Shown piece by piece: positions 38,161 through 45,351 of a stretch of DNA of 64,000 nucleotides; the first letter of the stretch is position 1, and each line of letters opens with the position of its first letter. The position numbers were made by a program, and so were the translations under genes. The notes below the pieces were generated by a model. That model was not told the origin of the DNA. It worked only from the letters and a program-made list of their open reading frames with translations, and made no database searches. The stretch is taken from assembly GCA_031275405.1 (NCBI GenBank), contig JAISOV010000022.1, positions 135 to 64,134 on the forward strand, given 5' to 3'. The DNA is from Clostridium sp. GTDB lineage: Bacteria; Bacillota; Clostridia; Lachnospirales; Lachnospiraceae.

Positions 38161-38227
38161 GCTACGGTAGAGAGTTTTGTCCGAAAGGACAAAACTCTCA
38201 GTCGATTTGGAGAGGATGGTCATAAAA

Positions 38228-39046
38228 ATGAAAAAAAAGATTCCTGTCATAGTAGTATTATTCATTGGCATTGCGTGTATTTTGACGAGTACTATCCTGT
38301 ACGGAAATTTCAAATCGCTGGAATCTGATGAGGTAAGGATTGCTGAAGAACAGCCGGTTGAATCTGATGAGGTAAGGATGACCGGAGAACAGCCGGTTCC
38401 GAGTGCGACAGAGCAGGAACAGCCAGAGGCTGCTATCGCAGATGCCGCCAAGCAGGAACTGCCGGATCAGGTCACACTCATAGAAAGTTTAAAAATGTCA
38501 TTGCATAGCGCTCGTGAATGGGCTCCGGATGCAAAACCTTATATGGTTCATAGTGTAGACACAGTGGAAGCTCCGCTGGAAGAACGAAGCATAGAGGGGA
38601 AAAAAGAGAATTGGTCTGTGAATTACTATAGTGAATCGAAGCAGGCCAGCTATATCAGTAATGTTTTTGGTGGCATAGTAAGGCCAGGTGTTCAGACTTT
38701 GTTCGGTACTCATCTGCAATATATTGATGCAGACAACCTGGTATATGACTCTCCGGAATTGACGACATATGTACTCAGTTCTTATCATCTCCGTATTGGT
38801 AAGGGCGGCGACGAATGGATTCATGGCTTCCAATATATGCTGCAATATGGCCGTTTGGCTGACATGACGGAAGATATCTTGTATTATATTTTTTATGGAA
38901 TTTCCGAGGAAGGCAATTTGGCTAATATCATTGTTGACGCAGAAAGCGGTGTGATTCTTTTAGCGAAAGAAAAATATGGATATGACGAGAACGGAAGAGG
39001 TCTGTGGAGAGAATTGGAACAAGATGCGGAAGCTGCCTATAGATAA
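38228..39046 (+). CDS. membrane-anchored hypothetical protein, possibly with PepSY-like domains
   Basis: The ATG at 38228 follows ggagagga. An N-terminal TM segment (IPVIVVLFIGIACILTSTILY) is followed by the duplicated ESDEVR(I/M)..EQPV linker. The C-terminal IIVDAESGVILLAKE resembles the PepSY motif, but the family call is weak. Confidence 0.5.
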   Translation: MKKKIPVIVVLFIGIACILTSTILYGNFKSLESDEVRIAEEQPVESDEVRMTGEQPVPSATEQEQPEAAIADAAKQELPDQVTLIESLKMSLHSAREWAPDAKPYMVHSVDTVEAPLEERSIEGKKENWSVNYYSESKQASYISNVFGGIVRPGVQTLFGTHLQYIDADNLVYDSPELTTYVLSSYHLRIGKGGDEWIHGFQYMLQYGRLADMTEDILYYIFYGISEEGNLANIIVDAESGVILLAKEKYGYDENGRGLWRELEQDAEAAYR

Positions 39047-39118
39047 TGTTACAGGAACCATAAGCCTTTTTCGGGGAAACCACGTTTTTTGTGATCTGTG
39101 TGCATGATCTATTATTAT

Positions 39119-39191
39119 CCGGCGCGTCTTTTGCCGGATATGGCCGGCGCGTCCTCTGCCGGATATGGCCGGCGTTCTCTGCTGGACAGTC
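39119..39191. repeat. right copies (1.6 units) of the direct repeat bracketing the AT-rich islet
   Basis: The sequence is ccggcgcgtcttttgccggatatggcc + ggcgcgtcctctgccggatatggcc + ggcgttctctgctggacagtc. It is in the same orientation as 37226-37269. Confidence 0.7.
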
Positions 39192-39285
39192 ACATGGAAA
39201 GGTGGTATCGTAGACCGTAACAGAAGGATCGCGGATAGATAGATCCGCAGACGCGCGGCGTCCGCGCAGACAGGAGGTACTGTAG

Positions 39286-39597
39286 ATGAACCACGCGGAA
39301 GAAGAGATGACCGTAGATCTGGAACTGGAAGACGGCACACTGGTACATTGCAGCGTCGTCACCATACTGCCGGTAGACGGGCAGGATTATATCGTCCTCC
39401 TGCCGTTAGACCAAGACGGCGGGAACCAGGACGGCGAAGTCTGGATTTATCAATATTCCGAGAATCCGGACGAACCCGGTGAGGAGCCGGTGCTAAACCA
39501 CATTGACGATGACGAAGAATATGAAAGAGTGTCGGAGGCTTTCGACGAATATCTGGATTCCTGTGAATTTGATGAACTTGTGCCGGAAGCGGAATGA
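39286..39597 (+). CDS. DUF1292 family protein
   Basis: AGGAGG lies 8 nt upstream of the ATG. The 103-aa acidic protein has the DUF1292-like pattern LEDGTLVHCSVVTILPVDGQDYIVLLPLD...EEYERVSEAFDEYL. Confidence 0.8.
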   Translation: MNHAEEEMTVDLELEDGTLVHCSVVTILPVDGQDYIVLLPLDQDGGNQDGEVWIYQYSENPDEPGEEPVLNHIDDDEEYERVSEAFDEYLDSCEFDELVPEAE

Positions 39598-41732
39598 GCC
39601 GTCAGCAAAGGATGTAAAAATCTGGACGGAAGCTTTGGACGCTCCTTGCTCCCTGTAAGGAAGAGCAGTTCCAAGGCTTCTTTTGCCCTCGTCATCGCCA
39701 CATAGAGCAGCCGGCATTCTTCCTCCGCAGACTGCGGCTCCGCTGCCTGCGGCTGCGGCGGCTTTGGCCACAGAACCGGCGGCTCTGGCTGCGGAGCCGC
39801 AGTCTGCGCGATTCCCCCGTGGGGATACACTCCCTCATTCACATCCAAAAGGAAGACTTTGGAAAATTCCAGTCCTTTTGCCGCATGGACGGTCATGAGC
39901 CGTACTCCGCCTTGTAATTTCCCCGTTCCGTCTCCGTTCTCTTTCCACCCCCGGCGGACGATCTCCTGACGCTCCAACCACGCCCCATAATTCGGGCAGA
40001 GCGCCGCTTCTTTCAGGAGCCATTCCCATACTTCCTCCCATTCCCGCTGTTTCATCTGCTCCCCCGCGGCTTTCCGGGTGAGATAAGTTTCATAGCCCAT
40101 TCCCTTACGCAGGAACTGCAGGCCCAGATAGGGTTTCATGGATCTTAGCCGTGAAAGCCCCGTTTCCATTTTTTCAAGCTGATGAAGGATCTGAGGTTTT
40201 TCCCGGTAGAACCTCTTGAGTTCTTCCAGTGTGACCTCTTCTCCCGCCAGCGCCTCTCGGCTGAGGAAGCGGTTCGGCTTGTTCATGACCGCCAGCCAAT
40301 GGCTGCGCCTTTGCTCCCCCAGAGCAAGGCGGACATAAGAACTCACATCCGCCGCGATGAAATGGTCGTAAATACAGGTTCCTTTTTCCTTGACCTGGTA
40401 TGGGATCCCGGCTCCGCAAAGCTGGGCCGCCAGGCACTGGAGCTGGAGGTTGGTGCGGAAGAGGACGGCGCAGTCCTCCCCGTTCCCGCCGCGCGTTTCC
40501 TCCTGGATACGCCTGATCAAATATCGGCTTTCTTCTTCCCTGCCCGGAAAAGAACACAGGGAAACAGGAGCGATACCGGCCGGTTCCGCTCCCGCTTTCG
40601 CGGATCGGTTCGCGCAGGCCGCTCCTTCCTCCGCGACGAAGCGTTTCTGGAAACGGTTCCGGTTCTGTTCAATGACCCTGCGGGAAGCCTGTACGATTTC
40701 ACCGTGGCTGCGGTAATTCCTGTGCAGCTCGATCTGTCTGGCGGCAGGATAATCCAGGAGGAACTGCCGCATAAGGCCGGGATCGGAACCCCGGAAGCCA
40801 TAAATGGACTGGTCGTCGTCTCCTACCGCGAAGATGTTGTACGGTTCCTCGCATAAAAGCCGCAAGATCTGGTATTGGACGGGATTGATGTCCTGAAACT
40901 CATCAATGCAAAAATAAGAAAAGCGGCCCCGCCATCTTTGCAGGAAATTCCGGTCTTCCCTCCTAAGCAGCTTCAGGCAGTCATATGCCATATCGTCAAA
41001 ATCCATTTTCCCCGCTGCCGCCCGAGCCTTTTCATATTCCGCAAACAGCCGCCCGAACTGGGCTTTCCAAGGCTCCGTCAGCTGTTCTGTGGATTTTCCC
41101 CAGTTTCCGGTGTTCTTATAATAGGCAAACGCGGACAGTATGCCGTCCGCTTCTCCCCAGTCATCGGCGGATTCCTGGCAGGACTGCGGCAGGGCGTCCG
41201 GATCGGCTTCCCGCCCGCCGTTCCTGTGAAAAGCTTCGGTTTCCTTTCGGATACCGGCTTCCTCTCGAATACCGGTTTCCTGCCGGATACGGTTCAGAAC
41301 AGGCAGGAGGATCTTCTTTTTTTCATACGGGGAAAGCAGGAGGCTGTGACTGCGGTAAGACAAGACGGGGGAACCGGAAAGACCGGAACCAGGCGCGGTT
41401 TCATCCGGCGTTCTTCCGCCGTGCGGACGATAACCGGATTGCCGCAGCATGGTATAAAACAATGCGTGGAAAGTGCTGAAATTCACTGCGGCCGCCATCG
41501 GCGCCGGTTCTTTTCGCAGGAACCGCTCCTTCATGGAGCGGGCGGCGTCTTTCGTAAAGGTGACTGCCAGAATCTTTTCCGGCGGCACGGCGCACCGGTG
41601 CAGCAGCCAGGAAATGCGGCCGACCATCGTGAACGTCTTGCCGGAGCCTGGCCCTGCCAGTACCAGTACCGGACCCTCTCCACAGGTCACGGCTTCGCGC
41701 TGTTCTTCGTTCCATCGGGTAACATCAGACAC
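39450..41732 (-). CDS. ATP-dependent DNA helicase, UvrD/PcrA/Rep (SF1) family
   Basis: SF1 motifs are present: LAGPGSGKTF (I), AVTFTKDAA, CIDEFQDINPVQY (II), FAVGDDDQSIYGFRG (III), NYRS (IV), LMTVHAAKGLEF (V) and LLYVAMTRAKE (VI). The apparent start is a GTG at 41732, overlapping the gltX stop by 8 nt. Confidence 0.88.
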   Translation of the reverse strand: MSDVTRWNEEQREAVTCGEGPVLVLAGPGSGKTFTMVGRISWLLHRCAVPPEKILAVTFTKDAARSMKERFLRKEPAPMAAAVNFSTFHALFYTMLRQSGYRPHGGRTPDETAPGSGLSGSPVLSYRSHSLLLSPYEKKKILLPVLNRIRQETGIREEAGIRKETEAFHRNGGREADPDALPQSCQESADDWGEADGILSAFAYYKNTGNWGKSTEQLTEPWKAQFGRLFAEYEKARAAAGKMDFDDMAYDCLKLLRREDRNFLQRWRGRFSYFCIDEFQDINPVQYQILRLLCEEPYNIFAVGDDDQSIYGFRGSDPGLMRQFLLDYPAARQIELHRNYRSHGEIVQASRRVIEQNRNRFQKRFVAEEGAACANRSAKAGAEPAGIAPVSLCSFPGREEESRYLIRRIQEETRGGNGEDCAVLFRTNLQLQCLAAQLCGAGIPYQVKEKGTCIYDHFIAADVSSYVRLALGEQRRSHWLAVMNKPNRFLSREALAGEEVTLEELKRFYREKPQILHQLEKMETGLSRLRSMKPYLGLQFLRKGMGYETYLTRKAAGEQMKQREWEEVWEWLLKEAALCPNYGAWLERQEIVRRGWKENGDGTGKLQGGVRLMTVHAAKGLEFSKVFLLDVNEGVYPHGGIAQTAAPQPEPPVLWPKPPQPQAAEPQSAEEECRLLYVAMTRAKEALELLFLTGSKERPKLPSRFLHPLLTAHSASGTSSSNSQESRYSSKASDTLSYSSSSSMWFSTGSSPGSSGFSEY

Positions 41733-43212
41733 TTGTCAGCTTCTCGATTCCTTTCCGGATTCTCCGGAGACTCTCTTCTTTCCCCAGGATCTCCATGATC
41801 TGTGTGGCTCCGGCAGGAGTCACCTGCTTCCCGGACACGGCCGTCCGGACGGGCCACATCACATAGCCGTTCTGATAGCCTTTCTCCTTGATATATTGCA
41901 GGAGCCTTTGGTACAGAGCGTCATTTCTATAATCTTCCTGTTTTTCTAACATCGGCAGTACCTCCCGCAGGACTTGCAGGGAAGCGGCGGTATCAGTCTT
42001 CATTTTTTTATGGGCATACAGGGCGGAATCATATTCCGGCAGGCATACAAAGAAATCGACCAACGGCGCAATATCCGGAAAGATTTCTATGCGGGTCTTG
42101 ACCATCGCGGCAATGCTGCGGAAAGCCGCCTCGCCGAACCCTTGGGCCGCCCGCTCCTCTCCCTGGCTTAACGCGGCTTTCAGATACGGAAGCGCCATCT
42201 GATAAAACCGTTCCGGCTCCATCGCTTTGAGATATTCCCCGTTCATCCATTTCAGTTTTACCATATCGAAGACCGCCGGGGATCTGCCGATCCTACGGTA
42301 ATCGAACTCCCGGATCAGTTCCTCCAGGGAAAAAATCTCCCGGGAATCCGGCGCGCTCCATCCCAGAAGCGCAATGTAATTCACCACCGCTTCCGGCAGG
42401 AAGCCTTGCTCCAGCAGATCCTCGAAAGAAGAATGCCCGCTGCGCTTGCTCAGTTTTTTATGGTTCTCGTCCGTAAGCAGGGGCAGGTGGACATATTCTG
42501 GGATTTTCCAGCCAAAAGCCTGGTACAGGCGCACGTATTTCGGCGAGGAAGACAGATATTCGTTCCCTCTGACCACGTGGGTAATGTCCATGGTATGGTC
42601 GTCCACCACATTCGCAAAATTATAAGTGGGGTAGCCGTCCGATTTCATCAGGACCATATCGTCCAGTTCCGCGTTGTTTACGGTGATCTCCCCATAAAGT
42701 TCATCCTGGAAAGTCGTCGTTCCTTCCGCCGGATTCTTCTGGCGGACGACATAGGGCTTTCCGGACGCAAGGTTCGCTTCGATCTCTTCTTTTCCCAAAG
42801 AAAGGCAGTGCTTATCGTAAACCATGATTTCCTTGCCTTCCACGACTTCCGTCTTTAAGGCCGCAAGCCTTTCTTTCCCGCAGAAACAGTAATAAGCCTC
42901 CCCCTTCCGGATCAGCTCCCGGGCGTATTTCCAGTAAATCCCGGCCTTTGCCCGCTCGCTCTGCACGTATGGGCCGTAACCGCCGTCTTTGTCCGGGCCT
43001 TCATCATAAAGAAGCCCCGCCCTCGCAAGAGTGCGATAGATGATCTGAGTCGCGTCCTCCACGAAACGCTCCTGATCCGTGTCCTCGATACGGAGGATAA
43101 AATCCCCTCCCCCGTGTTTCGCAATCAGGAATTCATATAAAGCGGAACGCAGGTTCCCCACATGCATTTTTCCGGTAGGGCTAGGGGCGAACCGGGTTCT
43201 GATCTTGGTCAT
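41725..43212 (-). CDS. gltX: glutamate--tRNA ligase
   Basis: Recognised blocks are RTRFAPSPTGKMHVGNLRSALY (HIGH-type) and KLSKRSG (KMSKS). The start was trimmed to the ATG at 43212. Confidence 0.95.
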   Translation of the reverse strand: MTKIRTRFAPSPTGKMHVGNLRSALYEFLIAKHGGGDFILRIEDTDQERFVEDATQIIYRTLARAGLLYDEGPDKDGGYGPYVQSERAKAGIYWKYARELIRKGEAYYCFCGKERLAALKTEVVEGKEIMVYDKHCLSLGKEEIEANLASGKPYVVRQKNPAEGTTTFQDELYGEITVNNAELDDMVLMKSDGYPTYNFANVVDDHTMDITHVVRGNEYLSSSPKYVRLYQAFGWKIPEYVHLPLLTDENHKKLSKRSGHSSFEDLLEQGFLPEAVVNYIALLGWSAPDSREIFSLEELIREFDYRRIGRSPAVFDMVKLKWMNGEYLKAMEPERFYQMALPYLKAALSQGEERAAQGFGEAAFRSIAAMVKTRIEIFPDIAPLVDFFVCLPEYDSALYAHKKMKTDTAASLQVLREVLPMLEKQEDYRNDALYQRLLQYIKEKGYQNGYVMWPVRTAVSGKQVTPAGATQIMEILGKEESLRRIRKGIEKLTSV

Positions 43213-43364
43213 TGCTCTGTCCTCCAATTCATGGGATTTTCGGGGGGGCAAAAGACGTCTGCTCCATGCCGTTGCGTGGTCCGCAGCGCTCCGCAGGCGG
43301 TATCGTCCATGCCGCCGCCTGACTTCTCGAACCGTATCGTTCGCGCCGTTCCCCGCCCGCGCCG

Positions 43365-44894
43365 CTACGAGTTCATGCAGGCGTCCAGCTTTTTCAACTG
43401 TTCCTCGTCGGGTACTTTCCGACCGGAAGCCTGCTTGAACTGCGTGACTGCCTTGAATGCCTGGGGAATCGCGATATTCGTACCCGCTCCGGCGACACAG
43501 CCGCCCGGACAGGCCATGCCCTCGATCAGGCAGCCGTTCTTGCGCCCGGCTTTTGCCAGAAGAAGCATTTTCCGGCACTCCGACAGACCCTCCGCGTGTT
43601 CTATCTGTACCTTCGTACCCGGATAGTATTTCTTGATACACTCCTCGATCGCGCTCGCCACGCCTCCCGCCACGCCGTATCCGCGTCCGGCTCCGGTGGC
43701 GTCCCGCATTTCATCCAGCGCCTTGATTTCTTCCAAAAGGATCCCCTTGGCTTCAAACATCCCGGTCAGTTCCTCAAAGGTGATCACGAAATCCACGTCC
43801 GACCGCACAGTGCGCCGGGAAGCTTCCAGTTTCTTGGAAGCGCAGGGACCGATGAACACCACCGAAGCCTCGGGATGTTCCTTTTTGATCAGGCGGGCGG
43901 TAGCCACCATAGGGGTCAGCTCGTTGCTGATCTTGTCGATGGTTTCCGGGAACAGGCTTTTCGCCATCATCGCCCAGGACGGACAGCAGGAGGTCAGGCT
44001 AAACGGCAGCTTGCCGCCCGCCACTTCTTTCACGTAATTCTCCGCTTCTTTCATACAGCCGTGGTCGGCTCCGATAGCGGTTTCGTACACATCCGCGAAG
44101 CCCAGTTCTTTCAACGCGGACTTGAACACGTCCGGGGTCACTTTCGGCCCGAACTGCCCGACGAAAGCGGGCGCCACCTGGGCGATGATTTCCCTGCCGG
44201 ACTGGAGGGCGCGGATCAGCTGGAAAATCTGGGATTTGTCCGCGATGGCGCCAAAAGGGCAGCTTACCATGCACTGTCCGCAGGATACGCAGACCTCGTT
44301 GTCGATGACGGCGCGGCTCCTTAAGTCGCTTTTGATGGCGTCCACTCCGCAGGCCACCTTGCAGGGGCGTTCCCGGTGGGAAATGGCATCGTAAGGACAG
44401 ACCTGGATACATTTCCCGCATTTCACGCATTTTTCCTGATCAATATACGATTTTCCGTTCACCATCTGCATCGCGCCCGTGGGGCAGACCTCCCGGCAGG
44501 GATGGGCCACGCACCCCATGCAGACGTCCGTCACGTCATACCGGTTTTCCGGACAGGCATTGCAGGCGGAAGGGATCACCTGCATGAGGGGCGGCTCATA
44601 GTATTTTTCCTCAATGTTGCTCTCTTCCACGCCCTCCGTCAGGTGTCCGGGGCGGCTGCGGTTCTCCGGGCGCAGGCTCATACCCATCGCCAGGCGGATC
44701 CGCTCCCGGATGATCGCGCGGTCACGGTACACGCTCTCCCGGTAAACGGAATCTTCATAATCCACGATTTTATAAGGCAGGGCTTCCATATCGTCCTTCA
44801 AGTTCTTGGAATGGTAAGCCAGATCCGCTACTTCTTTGAAAACCCGTCTTCGGTTCTTGCGCACGGGCGTGTCAATTCCCCGCATCGTACTCAT
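43365..44894 (-). CDS. [FeFe] hydrogenase-like protein (group-B-type architecture with N-terminal ferredoxin-like clusters)
   Basis: It has several CxxCxxCxxxCP cluster motifs. The H-cluster signatures are TSCCPSW (L1), GPCASKKLE (L2) and MACPGGCVAGAG (L3). The ATG at 44894 is favoured because GGAAAGG lies 9 nt upstream. Confidence 0.85.
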   Translation of the reverse strand: MSTMRGIDTPVRKNRRRVFKEVADLAYHSKNLKDDMEALPYKIVDYEDSVYRESVYRDRAIIRERIRLAMGMSLRPENRSRPGHLTEGVEESNIEEKYYEPPLMQVIPSACNACPENRYDVTDVCMGCVAHPCREVCPTGAMQMVNGKSYIDQEKCVKCGKCIQVCPYDAISHRERPCKVACGVDAIKSDLRSRAVIDNEVCVSCGQCMVSCPFGAIADKSQIFQLIRALQSGREIIAQVAPAFVGQFGPKVTPDVFKSALKELGFADVYETAIGADHGCMKEAENYVKEVAGGKLPFSLTSCCPSWAMMAKSLFPETIDKISNELTPMVATARLIKKEHPEASVVFIGPCASKKLEASRRTVRSDVDFVITFEELTGMFEAKGILLEEIKALDEMRDATGAGRGYGVAGGVASAIEECIKKYYPGTKVQIEHAEGLSECRKMLLLAKAGRKNGCLIEGMACPGGCVAGAGTNIAIPQAFKAVTQFKQASGRKVPDEEQLKKLDACMNS

Positions 44895-45210
44895 GAAAAC
44901 CATCCTTTCCGCTGCTATCCGAAATCAAAAGGAAAGTCTCCGCCGGAAGCGCAGCGTTTCCAGTGGAAGCTGTCGCTTCTGCTCATTTTGATCACCATGC
45001 TCCTTCCAAGGTCTGGAGACTTTGTGCGTAGCACAAAGCTCCGGTTGAAAGAATGCAAGTCTTTCCACTTTGCCACAAGATTAATTTATCATCATTTCGC
45101 TTCCGGTTCAACCCCTATTTCGCTTCTTCCTGATATTACCCAAAATACCGCAAGAACAGCCGCCCGGATTCCGCAAGAGCAGCTGACGACCTCCGGCGGA
45201 AACTGCCGGA

Positions 45211-45309
45211 GGGACTTTCTACGTGCAAGCCGCTATTTCGCGGCGCGAAGTTCAGCAGGATTGCCGCGCCCGCGCCCGGACTTTCCGCGCACAAGCCGCC
45301 ATTTCGCGG
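45211..45309. repeat. two ~33-nt imperfect direct repeats, 66-bp period, intergenic
   Basis: gggactttctacgtgcaagccgctatttcgcgg (45211-45243) and cggactttccgcgcacaagccgccatttcgcgg (45277-45309) match at about 27 of 33 positions. Confidence 0.55.
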
Positions 45310-45351
45310 TTCCGGCGCGTCCGATCTGTTCCGGGCAGCCGCGGAGGACGG

